Positions 16,469 to 27,345 of a stretch of DNA of 64,000 nt are shown here, in pieces. The DNA comes from Methanobacteriota archaeon (GTDB lineage: Archaea > Thermoplasmatota > Thermoplasmata > SG8-5 > JAGLSY01). The DNA lies in contig JAEHCQ010000006.1 in NCBI GenBank assembly GCA_020696385.1, forward strand, positions 1 to 64,000, in the 5' to 3' direction. Within the stretch, counting starts at the first letter, position 1; each line of letters opens with the position of its first letter. The position numbers and the translations under genes are program-made. The notes beneath the pieces are model-generated. The model had not been told where the DNA came from, made no database searches, and worked only from the letters and a program-made list of their open reading frames with translations.

Positions 16469-19400
16469 TTAGCTTTGGGATCCTTCATTTTCGTCATCAT
16501 GGTTTTCTTCTTCCATTTCTTCAGTGGACTCTTCTTTACCATCATCATCCTTATCACTGGCATCATCGCCATCAGCATTATCTTCCCCATCCTTGGATCG
16601 GTTCTTGGCAATTAGAATGATAATGACAATAGCCATTATCACAATGATCATCAGCATCATAAGCGGCAGCCAATTGGTGGGGTCATCAATATCGACCTCT
16701 GCCTCTCTTAATTCGGTTGTGAACTCCCATGATATTGGATTAGCCAGTTCATTTCCGCCAATGTCCTTGGCATTGGCTCCAATAGTGACATTGTAGGTGG
16801 TATTGAAGGTTAATCCACCTTCCAGAACGATCTCCAGTTCTGTATCTCCTGTCCAATTCATGTATGCTATATTCATGCTTGGGTTAATGGATATCGCATT
16901 CTCGACAGATGTCTTATCCATGGTTTCGCTGAACACGATGGATATTGTGGAATCTATGCTGACGCTCTCACCAGTCGGAGAATACGATACCACTGTGGGT
17001 GATGTGGCATCTGACACATCCTGGATGAATATCGTGAATTCCGATGTGATGGCATAGTTCTGATTCACATCCTCCGCCCATATGCGATATGTAACTGTCC
17101 CTGCATTGGACTGCGGCGGTATACTGGCCATCCAGGTTCCATTATGTAGGCTCATGGACACATTGTAGCTCATGCCGTCAATATCCGTGAAGTCCAGCTT
17201 CACATCATCCAGTCCGATATTATCTGTTACCACAGCATTGATATCGATCCCATTAGAGACATAGGCCAGGGTGGTCGGAGTATGGGCTATGATCGGCTTG
17301 ATATTGTCTATTATGTTAATTGTGTAATCGAGCGTGCGGTTTATATTACCACTAGTGTCAATGGCAGATATATGATAAATGATCTGGCCGTCGAGCATCT
17401 GGCCAGGTATTGAATAGCTCCAGACATCCAGACTGTTGGGCATGTCTATATGGTGATCGACCATGCCCACATCCGTGTAATTGAGGAATACGGATTCCAC
17501 GCTGACATTGTCCAGAACTGTCGCGATGATATCAATATCTTCCTCCACAAAGGCTGTTGTCAATGGTGTGTGGATTATCATGGGAGCCTCAAGATCATCA
17601 TACACTATTGGAGGGATTGTTGAATTAATGATACTTATCTGATAGACCGGGGTCATGACCCAATTGCCGCTTGTGTCATCTGCCCATATGAAATAGGTAA
17701 TGTTCCCGGTAGCATTCTGCCCGGGAATTTCGAAGTACCAGTTATCACCAGTCTTCGTCATTGACAAATTGAAATTATCTCCGGTGATGTTCGTGTAGTC
17801 CAGATATACGGAATCCACTGCGACATTATCCGTGACATTTACTGTGATCTGTATGAATTGGCCAATCTCGTCAGAAGTAACTGGTATGTGATTGATGACC
17901 GGATCGCTTATGTCATTGACCTGCACCTGGAATACGGCTGTCATGTTCCCATTGCCACTTGTGTCATCCGCCCATATGAAATATTCCACGATCCCTGGGA
18001 TGTCCTGGCCGGGGATCATGTGATACCAGTTGGTTCCTGATCGTGACATTGAAATATTGCTGCGAACACCGTGCACATCTGTATAATCCAGGAAGGCGGA
18101 GATGACGTCCACATTATCTGTGATGATTGCGCTTATATTGATATTCTGGGTAACATTGACCGATACTTGAGGGGTGTGCTGGATGTCTGGTGCCTCGAAG
18201 TCATCCGGTAGAGGGTAATAATAAGTGGCTGCCACCATCCCATTGGTCTGGGTGGCATTGACATCCTCTGCCAGGAATGTCCTCACATATTCTACCTTGA
18301 TATCATCACCGGATACATTCACTCTCAGATATCCTGAATTGTTGATTATCAGACCCGAGTTATAATCCGAAGCAAAACCATCACCGTATGTAAGATTAGA
18401 AGGTTGTGGAACTGTCTGGTAAACAACTCCGTCAAGAACTTGCTGGGCAAAGACATGGTCATGACCCTGGAAATAAATTGAAACATTGTAATCGACGAAC
18501 ATCTGGTGGATGGGCTTGCCCCATCCCGGACGGTTGATATCGAAGCCCCATGTCCCATTTGATTCATAACCTCCCCATTCATAGAATTTAGCCTCTTCAA
18601 TTCCACCACGTGAACTTCCGCTGACATGGTGTGAGAAGACGAACTTGAACTTCGCACTACTGTTCTGAAGAGTATCACCCAGCCACTTATATTGTTCATA
18701 TCCAAGCGTCCAGTACCAGCTCTCGCTTGGATTGCTGGGCTCGGTCAATGTATTCCAGTATGGCTGAAGGACAACAAAGAGCGCATCTCCCCATTCCCAG
18801 GCATAATACTCTTCCAGTAAGCCAGTGAAATTATGGTCAACATCATCCCCCGTGTAGAAGCCATCTTGATCTGGCACCGGGAATGGATAGTAATGTGTGC
18901 GTGCCTTGGAGGCATTGACCGCGAGATTGTTCGCAGTTCCATTCAGATACCACCCCATCTCCCCATCCCAGTTGCCCGAGGCATGGTATAGTGGCGAACC
19001 CTCTGCGAATAGCTCAAAGGCATTTCTGTGTTTTATATATCTGGATTTAAGATAATCGTATGAATCATTCTTTTGTCTGTCTGTGAGGAAGGTATCACCG
19101 AGATCCAGATGGAAATCAGCTTCATCATTATTGACCAGCCTAAGGGTTCTTTCATAAAGTGTATTATTGTATCTCAGAGTATCCGCATCAGTTTTTCCAC
19201 GATGTGAGTCCGATGTGATGGTGAATGTGAAATTACTGCCTGCTGGTCTATGTGTGTGGAAACCATGCTCTTTTCTTGTTTCAAAGGGGTCCAAGGTTCC
19301 ATTATCCCTGTACCTCACCCTGTAGATGTATTCAGTATCTGGGTCCAGGTCTTTTACCAATATTTCGACCGCTCTGCCACTCTCAATGATGTATCTGGGT

Positions 19401-20566
19401 GTGGATGCGGAATATATATCGGAAATTGTACCGTATTCCACATAGGTCTCCAGATCCTTGAAGGCGCATACGCTTACTAAGATCGAGGTATTGGTCGGCG
19501 AGCCCAGTATGACGGTCATATCCATCAGGGTGCGATTGAAATATCCATTGACTTGGAAATATGGGCGTATTATGTTCTCATTGATACTCCAGATATTGAT
19601 GAAGTCCCATCCGATAAAGGTGGCCTCTCTTTTCATCTGATTTGAATATCTTCCTTCTCCACCATCACTGTTCTGCAACCCTGATGTTTGATTGTCCCAG
19701 TAGCTGCCAATGACACTTCCGGTATTATCGGCCACCAGTCCCCCTACCTTGACTGGGGAGACTATCGTGCCCATGCTGTATGAATTGTAAATATCGCCTG
19801 TATTATTGGCCACCAGTCCGCCAGCGAATCTCTGATATGCGGCAGCCATTCCGGAACTGTAGCTATTGGAGATGTTCCCATTGTCATTGAGGCCAACCAG
19901 ACCTCCCACTCTGCTGTAACCATAGACATCGGCAGTGCTCCAGCATCTGCTTATGGCCGCGTTCTTGTTCAGACCCACAAGACCGCCAGCCCTGACACTG
20001 GTACCATTGACGGTTCCGTGGCTGTAGCAATCCAGAATGCCGCCCCCATTATTCCGTCCCACAAGACCACCCACTTGATTGACTCCGTGTGTGAATCCTA
20101 TGGTTGATACATTGAAAATGATGCCGCGATTGAGCCCGACAAGGGCCGCGACATTGTTCTTGCCAGATATGTGGTGCTCATTGATGGTGACATTGCTAAT
20201 CATGACAGTTGATTGGGTATTTCCGAAGAGACCAATATTATCCTCTGTTGATCTATTGATGAAAAGACCGGAAATGACATATCCATTTCCGTTGAAGGTT
20301 CCTGTGAAAGGGTCTGATGTATTGCCTACTGGGATGAAACCCAGGCCACCATTCCATGTCTGGGTTATGGAGGCATTGATATTTCCCGTGAGATTGTAGG
20401 AGCCGGCCAGGTCGTTAATCATATCCTGAAGGTCCGCGATATTTGAAACGAATATCGCGGCAGTTGGCGCAACACCATCATCTGCATTTGTCATGCTGAT
20501 CGAAGATAATAGCATTAACACTACTATCATGATGCTGAATAGAACGCTGAGGCCTCTTTTCATCAT
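16469..20566 (-). CDS. Large surface-anchored protein: GLUG repeats, purple-acid-phosphatase-like metallophosphoesterase, Ig-like repeats, Big_5, TM
   Basis: VGGLVG.N repeats; SDSH, GD, GNWD, HH and GHDH motifs; four P.I.H(T/I)P repeats; VFSETMD Big_5 motif; TM helix plus acidic tail. Confidence 0.88.
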   Translation of the reverse strand: MMKRGLSVLFSIMIVVLMLLSSISMTNADDGVAPTAAIFVSNIADLQDMINDLAGSYNLTGNINASITQTWNGGLGFIPVGNTSDPFTGTFNGNGYVISGLFINRSTEDNIGLFGNTQSTVMISNVTINEHHISGKNNVAALVGLNRGIIFNVSTIGFTHGVNQVGGLVGRNNGGGILDCYSHGTVNGTSVRAGGLVGLNKNAAISRCWSTADVYGYSRVGGLVGLNDNGNISNSYSSGMAAAYQRFAGGLVANNTGDIYNSYSMGTIVSPVKVGGLVADNTGSVIGSYWDNQTSGLQNSDGGEGRYSNQMKREATFIGWDFINIWSINENIIRPYFQVNGYFNRTLMDMTVILGSPTNTSILVSVCAFKDLETYVEYGTISDIYSASTPRYIIESGRAVEILVKDLDPDTEYIYRVRYRDNGTLDPFETRKEHGFHTHRPAGSNFTFTITSDSHRGKTDADTLRYNNTLYERTLRLVNNDEADFHLDLGDTFLTDRQKNDSYDYLKSRYIKHRNAFELFAEGSPLYHASGNWDGEMGWYLNGTANNLAVNASKARTHYYPFPVPDQDGFYTGDDVDHNFTGLLEEYYAWEWGDALFVVLQPYWNTLTEPSNPSESWYWTLGYEQYKWLGDTLQNSSAKFKFVFSHHVSGSSRGGIEEAKFYEWGGYESNGTWGFDINRPGWGKPIHQMFVDYNVSIYFQGHDHVFAQQVLDGVVYQTVPQPSNLTYGDGFASDYNSGLIINNSGYLRVNVSGDDIKVEYVRTFLAEDVNATQTNGMVAATYYYPLPDDFEAPDIQHTPQVSVNVTQNINISAIITDNVDVISAFLDYTDVHGVRSNISMSRSGTNWYHMIPGQDIPGIVEYFIWADDTSGNGNMTAVFQVQVNDISDPVINHIPVTSDEIGQFIQITVNVTDNVAVDSVYLDYTNITGDNFNLSMTKTGDNWYFEIPGQNATGNITYFIWADDTSGNWVMTPVYQISIINSTIPPIVYDDLEAPMIIHTPLTTAFVEEDIDIIATVLDNVSVESVFLNYTDVGMVDHHIDMPNSLDVWSYSIPGQMLDGQIIYHISAIDTSGNINRTLDYTINIIDNIKPIIAHTPTTLAYVSNGIDINAVVTDNIGLDDVKLDFTDIDGMSYNVSMSLHNGTWMASIPPQSNAGTVTYRIWAEDVNQNYAITSEFTIFIQDVSDATSPTVVSYSPTGESVSIDSTISIVFSETMDKTSVENAISINPSMNIAYMNWTGDTELEIVLEGGLTFNTTYNVTIGANAKDIGGNELANPISWEFTTELREAEVDIDDPTNWLPLMMLMIIVIMAIVIIILIAKNRSKDGEDNADGDDASDKDDDGKEESTEEMEEENHDDENEGSQS

Positions 20567-20730
20567 ATTATCTTTCCCATCTGTGATATTTCCATGTTCT
20601 TTGATATTTGATATCCGAACATCAGATAATTAGTCATGTGTAATTATCTATATAATCCTAACGCCGACTATATTTGGTACAACGGCCAGAAATTATTTGT
20701 GCTGAATGATGATATATCTATTGGATTCAA

Positions 20731-22029
20731 ATGGTGATATCAAAACTCTGGGCTGTGATAATAGCCATCGTACTGGTGGTGAGTGCTTTATTCTCATACT
20801 ATTACATCAATCAGGATGATGATGTCAATGACAATGATATTGACGATGACATCAGCGACGACGACGATGATGACGATATCGGCGATGATGACCAGCTGGA
20901 ACTGGCGCATGTCTTTACAGTGCCAGATACCGGCCAGTTGACTTACTATGACAATGATAGTGAGATGCTCGCCACTCAAATTGGCGATGACTTTCACGGC
21001 CAGGATGCTTTATATTCCGGATACCAGATGTCATACATCGATAATGGTGATGGAACCATCACGGACAAGGTAACTGGCCTGATATGGCAGAAGGCTCCCA
21101 TGGAGAACAAGTTAACATGGTCCGAAGCAAAGGACCAGGCCTCTGATCTTGACTTTGCTGGCCATACTGATTGGCGATTGCCCAGCATCAAGGAGCTTTA
21201 TTCCCTCATTGACTTCACTGGCATGACCCGGATGGATGCCGCTTCTTCTGTGCCATATATCAATACCCAGTACTTTGATTTTGAATATGGGGATACGAGT
21301 ACTGAAAGGTTTATCGATGCGCAATACTGGTCCAGCACGAAGTATGTGGGAACGACCATGAATGATGATCCCACTGCTTTTGGAGTGAACTTCGCGGATG
21401 GCCGTATAAAGGGATATCCATGCGAGAGCGTGGTGGGGCCTGATGGTCCCTTCACCAAAACCGCTTTTGTTCGATATGTTCGAGGCAATGTGGACTATGG
21501 CCAGAATCAATTTATCGATAATGGTGATGACACGATATCAGACAATGCCACTGGTCTTATGTGGATGGAAATGGATTCCGCACAGGCGATGAATTGGGAG
21601 GATGCGCTGGATTATGCGGAGAATCTTGTCTATGGCGGGCATGATGACTGGCGCTTGCCGAATGCGAAGGAGCTCCAGAGCATAGTTGATTATACAAGAG
21701 CCCCGGATTCGCTGGATGTCTCAATGCAGGGTCCGGCCATCGATCCAATATTCCAGACAACAGAAACAGAATCCTTTTTCTGGTCCAGCACGACCCATCT
21801 GGATGGTCCAACTTCCAATTATGCAGTTTATCTCGCCTTCGGACAGGCGGCTGGATGGATGCAGCAGCCCCCTAATTCGGGCAATTACGTTCTGCTGAAT
21901 GTGCATGGAGCCGGAGCTCAACGCAGCGATCCAAAGAGCGGCGACCCCACGGAATATCCATATGGCCATGGTCCGCAAGGGGACGAGATACGCATCTTCA
22001 ATTATGTCAGATGCGTGCGGGATATTTGA
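20731..22029 (+). CDS. DUF1566 (Lcl C-terminal) tandem-domain protein, membrane-anchored
   Basis: Two DNGD.TI.D..TGL.W...DWRLP..KEL.S repeats, VRCVR terminus, N-terminal TM and Asp-rich linker. Confidence 0.88.
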   Translation: MVISKLWAVIIAIVLVVSALFSYYYINQDDDVNDNDIDDDISDDDDDDDIGDDDQLELAHVFTVPDTGQLTYYDNDSEMLATQIGDDFHGQDALYSGYQMSYIDNGDGTITDKVTGLIWQKAPMENKLTWSEAKDQASDLDFAGHTDWRLPSIKELYSLIDFTGMTRMDAASSVPYINTQYFDFEYGDTSTERFIDAQYWSSTKYVGTTMNDDPTAFGVNFADGRIKGYPCESVVGPDGPFTKTAFVRYVRGNVDYGQNQFIDNGDDTISDNATGLMWMEMDSAQAMNWEDALDYAENLVYGGHDDWRLPNAKELQSIVDYTRAPDSLDVSMQGPAIDPIFQTTETESFFWSSTTHLDGPTSNYAVYLAFGQAAGWMQQPPNSGNYVLLNVHGAGAQRSDPKSGDPTEYPYGHGPQGDEIRIFNYVRCVRDI

Positions 22030-22080
22030 TCCAATATCTTAATCAGAAAAGTCTTATCCCACTACCGCCATACACCCTCT

Positions 22081-23100
22081 ATGGGCCTGGACATTTCCGG
22101 AATACTTGTGGCCAATAAGGTCAAGCTGGACGATTTTAAAGGGAGGGCGATAGCTCTCGATGGGTACAATGTGCTTTATCAGTTCTTATCGAGCATTCGG
22201 GGACCTGATGGAACGCCCCTCATGGACGATAAGGGGCGTGTGACCTCCCACCTGTCTGGAGCATTATACCGGACCGCGAATCTTCTTGAGATGGGAATAA
22301 AGCCCATCTTCGTCTTTGATGGTAAGCCGCATTATCTGAAAAAGAGCACGCTGGCAGAGAGACGTGCCCGCAAGGAAAAGGCCAAGATCGAATGGGACGA
22401 GGCTCTTGCCGAGGGTGATATGGAGAAGGCCAGGACAAAGGCACAGCAGACCTCCAAGCTCACAAGGGAAATGGTGGGTGAAGCCATCAAATTGCTGGAA
22501 TTCATGGGAGTTCCACACATTACGGCCCCTCAGGAAGGAGAGGCACAGGCCAGTTATATGACCATGAAAGGGGATGTGTATGCGGCTGGCTCCCAGGATT
22601 TTGATTCAATGTTATTTGGAACTCCTCTTCTGGTCAGGAATCTCACCCTCAGCGGAAGACGGAAGATGCCGCGCCGCCAAGTGTATGTTACAGTGGAACC
22701 GGAAACTATCGACCTACAGGCGAGCCTGGATGCCCTGGGAATAACAAGAGAACAATTGGTGGATATCGGTGTTCTCATGGGAACTGATTTTAATGAAGGG
22801 ATCAAAGGTATTGGGCCGAAGAAAGGGCTCAAGCTGGTGAAGGAGTTCGGAAGTGGCGAGGAAGTTATCAAACAGAAGAAGTTTGATGTTCCCAGCTTCG
22901 ATGCAGTTCGCAAGATATTCCTGGAGCCAGAAGTAACCGATGATTATGAGATGAAATGGAATGATCCAGACCTTGATAAGATAATGGAATTCATGTGCGA
23001 GGATTATGGATTCTCAAAGCCAAGGATAGAATCGATCCTTGGCAAGATGGAAACTGCAAAAAAGGCGAGGAGCCAGCAGAGTTTGGACCAATGGTTTTGA
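22081..23100 (+). CDS. fen: Flap endonuclease 1
   Basis: YQFLSSIR.PDG.PL, EGEAQAS, SQDFD, GTDFN..IKGIGPK; C-terminal PIP box QQSLDQWF. Confidence 0.97.
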   Translation: MGLDISGILVANKVKLDDFKGRAIALDGYNVLYQFLSSIRGPDGTPLMDDKGRVTSHLSGALYRTANLLEMGIKPIFVFDGKPHYLKKSTLAERRARKEKAKIEWDEALAEGDMEKARTKAQQTSKLTREMVGEAIKLLEFMGVPHITAPQEGEAQASYMTMKGDVYAAGSQDFDSMLFGTPLLVRNLTLSGRRKMPRRQVYVTVEPETIDLQASLDALGITREQLVDIGVLMGTDFNEGIKGIGPKKGLKLVKEFGSGEEVIKQKKFDVPSFDAVRKIFLEPEVTDDYEMKWNDPDLDKIMEFMCEDYGFSKPRIESILGKMETAKKARSQQSLDQWF

Positions 23101-23107
23101 TACTTCT

Positions 23108-24763
23108 TCATCCATTCTTTGCCGCGAAATAGATATTATACCCACCATTCAGATTCTTTGCCTTGAATCCATTCTGCACAAGCATCCTGTATGCGATATA
23201 ACCGCGCTGGCCGACCACACAGTAAATGATGTATGTCTTTGTTTTGTCCAGCTCATTTAATCTACTTCTGAGCTGGTTGAGTGGTATGTGGATGCCATCC
23301 GCTATCACACCCTGCACATTGACCTCGAAGCCGTCGCGAACATCCAGCAGTATTTCTGTTGCTGGATCGATATCATCAATTTGGTTCCAGTTGATTGTAT
23401 CCAGATCGCCTTTCAGCATATTGCTGGCAACGAATCCTGCCATATTGACCGGGTCCTTTGCTGAAGAGAATGGTGGTGCATATGCCAGCTCCAGCTCCTC
23501 AAGGTCGAATACCGTCATCTTTGCCCGAATGGCGGTAGCCAGCACGTCAATGCGCTTGTCCGCGCCTTCCATGCCTACTATCTGGGCTCCGAGTATTTTA
23601 CCATCACCCGGAGCGAAAAGAAGCTTGATATCCATGTGCTGTGCTCCTGGATAGTAAGAGGCATGTGATCCATTGTTCGTGTAAGCTATCTGGTATGGTA
23701 TTTCAAGGCGCTGGAGTGTTTTCTCGCTATTGCCTGTCATCGCGACCGTTTGCTCAAATACCTTCACGATGGCAGAGCCCTGAGTTCCCTTGTAAATTGA
23801 ATTATTGCCGAATACATTGTCAGCCGCGATACGACCTTGCTTATTGGCAGGGCCAGCCAGTGGTATCATGGCAGGCTGTTCATTGACATAATCCGTAACC
23901 TCGACAACATCTCCGGCCGCGTAGATATCCGGGTCGGATGTCATCATTGTCTCGTCTGTGATAACTCCACCGCGCTGTCCCAATTCCAACCCGGCTTTTT
24001 TTGCCAGCTCATTGTTCGGCCTCACACCGATAGATAGTATCACCATATCGGTGGCCAGCTCTGCCCCGCTCTTGGTTCGAACGATGGTCTGACCATCAAG
24101 TTTTTCAAATGAATCCACGGCATCTGAAAGATGAAGTTTGATGCCATGCCTTCTCAGATTCATCTGCACAAGTGACACCATCTCGTAGTCCAGTGGTGGA
24201 AGAACTTGATCCAGCATCTCGACAATGGTGACCTCCAGGCCTAATTCCTTTAAATTCTCGGCCATCTCCAGACCGATGAATCCGCCACCGATCACTACGG
24301 CGGATCTTGGTTGTTTTGTCTCGATATAAGCCTTGATCTTATCCGAATCCGGAATGGTCCAGAGTGTGAATATCGTATCGAGGTCGATCCCTTTGAAAGG
24401 TGGTTTTATAGGCTGCCCACCTGGGCTGAGAATGAGCTTGTCATATCCTTCTTTATATTCCTGGCCAGTGGTGTGATCCAATATGGTCGCTTGCTTTGCT
24501 TCTCTGTCAATATCAATGACCTCGGCCATTGTTCTGACATCTATATTGAAGCGGTCGCGTAGGAGTTCTGGCTGGGTGACGATCAGGGCATTGCGGTCCT
24601 TGATCTCATTGCCTATGAAATATGGCAATCCGCAATTGGCGAAAGAGACATATTCGCCTCTCTCGAAAAGAATGATCTCGGCTTCCTCGCTCAACCGCCT
24701 GGCTCTTGTTGCTGCACTTGCTCCGCCGGCCACTCCACCGACTATAAGGACCTTGATTGACAT
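23108..24763 (-). CDS. CoA-disulfide reductase with C-terminal rhodanese (Npsr/CoADR-RHD type)
   Basis: GGVAGG, SFANCGLPY active Cys, GGGFIGLE, YAPPFS, rhodanese YCVVGQRG and NLNGGY; start ATG 24763 or GTG 24769. Confidence 0.93.
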   Translation of the reverse strand: MSIKVLIVGGVAGGASAATRARRLSEEAEIILFERGEYVSFANCGLPYFIGNEIKDRNALIVTQPELLRDRFNIDVRTMAEVIDIDREAKQATILDHTTGQEYKEGYDKLILSPGGQPIKPPFKGIDLDTIFTLWTIPDSDKIKAYIETKQPRSAVVIGGGFIGLEMAENLKELGLEVTIVEMLDQVLPPLDYEMVSLVQMNLRRHGIKLHLSDAVDSFEKLDGQTIVRTKSGAELATDMVILSIGVRPNNELAKKAGLELGQRGGVITDETMMTSDPDIYAAGDVVEVTDYVNEQPAMIPLAGPANKQGRIAADNVFGNNSIYKGTQGSAIVKVFEQTVAMTGNSEKTLQRLEIPYQIAYTNNGSHASYYPGAQHMDIKLLFAPGDGKILGAQIVGMEGADKRIDVLATAIRAKMTVFDLEELELAYAPPFSSAKDPVNMAGFVASNMLKGDLDTINWNQIDDIDPATEILLDVRDGFEVNVQGVIADGIHIPLNQLRSRLNELDKTKTYIIYCVVGQRGYIAYRMLVQNGFKAKNLNGGYNIYFAAKNG

Positions 24764-24857
24764 CTTCACACTTCCGCTATATGTCTCTGGATAATAAATG
24801 TCAAACTAATAAAGCTAATCACTAAAAAACACAACTTTACCACAAAATTCCACCGGA

Positions 24858-27101
24858 TCATAATGAAGCTCCGACTATCGCGCACTGGCCAATGGATATC
24901 CCACCATCTCCATTGGGTACACGATGATGTCGCACAAGTTCATATCCTTGTGCGGCCAGTTCCTTCATGATCATATCGGTTATTGGAATATTGTAACTGA
25001 CACCTCCAGTCAGACCAATGCGCTTGATGCCTTTATCTTCGGCAGCCTGCACGGCCACATCACATAGAGCCTTCACAAGCTTGGAAACATAAGCACTGGC
25101 CAGCTTCTCACGCTTGCCACTATATGTGGGCTTGGATACTATGTCAAGTAGCTCTCCAAAGGGCGTGATATGATCTATTACGCCGTCTTTAATATTGAAT
25201 GAATTAAATAAATCTTTATTTATATTTGTATCGGAATTAATAAGTCTCTCTAATTTCATTGCTGGCTCGCCATCATATGTTCGGGAATCGCACACTCCAA
25301 GCGTGTGTGAAACCGCATCAAGAACACGACCCGCGCTTGTTGTTCTGGGCGCATTCTCTATCATCTTTACGAAGATATCATGTTCTTCCCGGGTGGCATT
25401 GTGGAATGGTCTATTTGTTAGACTGGCCATTGCAAAGGCCAGTCTCATTGGCTCCTTCACAGCGGCCTCTCCGCCAAGTAGCGGGAACTCGGCAAGATGG
25501 CCCACCCTCTCATAACTTGATAGAGTTGCAGCCAGTATTTCCCCACCCCAGGCATTTCCATCCGCACCATATCCTGTGCCATCCAGCGTCATGACGACAG
25601 CCTCATCAATGCCAGCATCCACAAGCAAGCTGGCAGCATGTGCCCAGTGATGCTGTATCTCCATTATTTCGCAATCGAACTCGCTGGCCATCCTCTTGGC
25701 AAGCTTTCGATTTCCATAACCTGGATGCATATCGATGCCGATGCCATTCACTTCCCATATCCCGCGAAGATGCATCATGTGCCTTGTCGCGCTCTCCAAG
25801 AAATCCAGCACACCGTATTTGCTGGATTTACCAATGTACTGGCTGGGATAGATGAAGCCCGCAGATCCAGTAGCTGAAGTGAGGTTCTCATGTGCTCCCA
25901 ACCCGATGAAATTACCTGTCTGGCTTATCTCAAGAGGAACAGGTACGAATCCTCTTGATCTCCTGATGAAATAATTATGGCCAGCATGTCGAATTATGAG
26001 GGAATCATCACATCGATTGGCTATCTTTCTGTTATGGAGGAGATAGCCCCCTATTCCGTGAATTCCAGAAATTCCGGGGCTGGAAGCACCGAGCCCGAGT
26101 ATATCTGGCTCGGTGATCGCCATTGGCTCCCCCTGTGGATTTGCGGATGTCATTATCACCGCGCCAATATTTTTATCAAGATATTTGAATAATAAATGAT
26201 GGACTGCTGAATAAGGAAGCATGATACCGATATTGTCCAGTCCAGGAGATATGATATCCAAATCCTGGCGGTCTCGCTTTTTGACCAATACAATGGGTCT
26301 TTCACGGGATGTCAACAAGGCCATTTCTTCCTCATTGGCCTTGGTATATCTGTACACGGCCTTCGCGTCCCTGATCATTATCGCAAAGGGTTTTTCTTCT
26401 CTGCCATACCATTTTCTAAGGGTGGTGCCAGCTTTCAACGTGCACACGATATGAGAGCCGCCCCAGCCCTTCATGATGCCTAATTGGCCAGATGAGATAA
26501 GGTCGGCAAATCCTTCTATTCCGCCCTCGACAGACTGGCCAGCAGCATCGTACAATGTAAAATCAGGCCCGCAATCCGGGCATGAAATTGTTTGCGCGTG
26601 AAACCTACGATCTCCCATCCTATTATACTCGCCTTGGCATGACTGGCAAAGTGGAAAATCACCCATCGTGGTAAGTGGGCGATCGTAAGGCAGGTCCTGG
26701 ATTATTGAAAAGCGAGCACCACAATTCGTGCAGTTGGTGAAGGGAAATCCATGCCTTCTATCTGCATCATCCAGCAATTCGGAAAGGCATGCGTCGCAGA
26801 TTGAAGTGTCCGGGGGTATGGGAGAGGAACGACTGCCCTTTTGACTGGGCAAGATAATAAAATCATCATTGTCTGGCTGCTCCTCGAACTTCTCCACAAG
26901 GTCGATCCTGGCCAGTGGGGGAAGTTCATCCTTTAATATCTGGATGAACTTATCTGTTTTTGATCTACTACCCGACAATAATACCTCCACGCTCGAGCCA
27001 TTATTGCGAACGTGGCCGCTGAGGTTCATGCTAACGGCCAGCTTTACTACTGCTGGCCGAAAACCTACGCCTTGAACAACACCGTGAATATGCAGTTTCA
27101 T
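24858..27101 (-). CDS. hypF: [NiFe]-hydrogenase maturation carbamoyltransferase
   Basis: GVVQGVGFRP acylphosphatase motif, two CxxC-x18-CxxC zinc fingers, QHHWAH, DGTGYG.DG..WGGE, DGGISIGQ. Confidence 0.97.
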   Translation of the reverse strand: MKLHIHGVVQGVGFRPAVVKLAVSMNLSGHVRNNGSSVEVLLSGSRSKTDKFIQILKDELPPLARIDLVEKFEEQPDNDDFIILPSQKGSRSSPIPPDTSICDACLSELLDDADRRHGFPFTNCTNCGARFSIIQDLPYDRPLTTMGDFPLCQSCQGEYNRMGDRRFHAQTISCPDCGPDFTLYDAAGQSVEGGIEGFADLISSGQLGIMKGWGGSHIVCTLKAGTTLRKWYGREEKPFAIMIRDAKAVYRYTKANEEEMALLTSRERPIVLVKKRDRQDLDIISPGLDNIGIMLPYSAVHHLLFKYLDKNIGAVIMTSANPQGEPMAITEPDILGLGASSPGISGIHGIGGYLLHNRKIANRCDDSLIIRHAGHNYFIRRSRGFVPVPLEISQTGNFIGLGAHENLTSATGSAGFIYPSQYIGKSSKYGVLDFLESATRHMMHLRGIWEVNGIGIDMHPGYGNRKLAKRMASEFDCEIMEIQHHWAHAASLLVDAGIDEAVVMTLDGTGYGADGNAWGGEILAATLSSYERVGHLAEFPLLGGEAAVKEPMRLAFAMASLTNRPFHNATREEHDIFVKMIENAPRTTSAGRVLDAVSHTLGVCDSRTYDGEPAMKLERLINSDTNINKDLFNSFNIKDGVIDHITPFGELLDIVSKPTYSGKREKLASAYVSKLVKALCDVAVQAAEDKGIKRIGLTGGVSYNIPITDMIMKELAAQGYELVRHHRVPNGDGGISIGQCAIVGASL

Positions 27102-27153
27102 TGATGTTCAGATATGTGATGGTGTATAGAATTGTTTTGGCAAATATCCGAGC

Positions 27154-27240
27154 GAGCAGGCTCAGGCGAATTTTTCTTGTTAGCCTTCTTCTTCTTTTTG
27201 AGAGCCTGAGCCAGCACAGTGAGGGTTACAAAAAGAAGAA
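27154..27240. repeat. Pseudoknot-forming repeat unit 1
   Basis: Arms in order A-B-A'-B': GAGCAGGCTCAGGC (27154-67), TTCTTCTTTTTG (27189-200), GCCTGAGCCAGCAC (27204-17), CAAAAAGAAGAA (27229-40). Confidence 0.8.
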
Positions 27241-27291
27241 ATTGGGGCGGAAACCTACGCCTTGAACTACGCCGTGTATGTGGAACTTCAT
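27226..27291 (-). pseudogene. Duplicated hypF 5' fragment, MKFHIHGVVQGVGFRP-NFFFL*
   Basis: First 16 codons match hypF with mostly third-position differences; preceded by the same AAAACAATTCTATA promoter-like motif. Confidence 0.9.
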
Positions 27292-27345
27292 TGATTCAGC
27301 AATCATAAGTTAGTATAGAATTGTTTTGTATGCATCTAAATTTTC

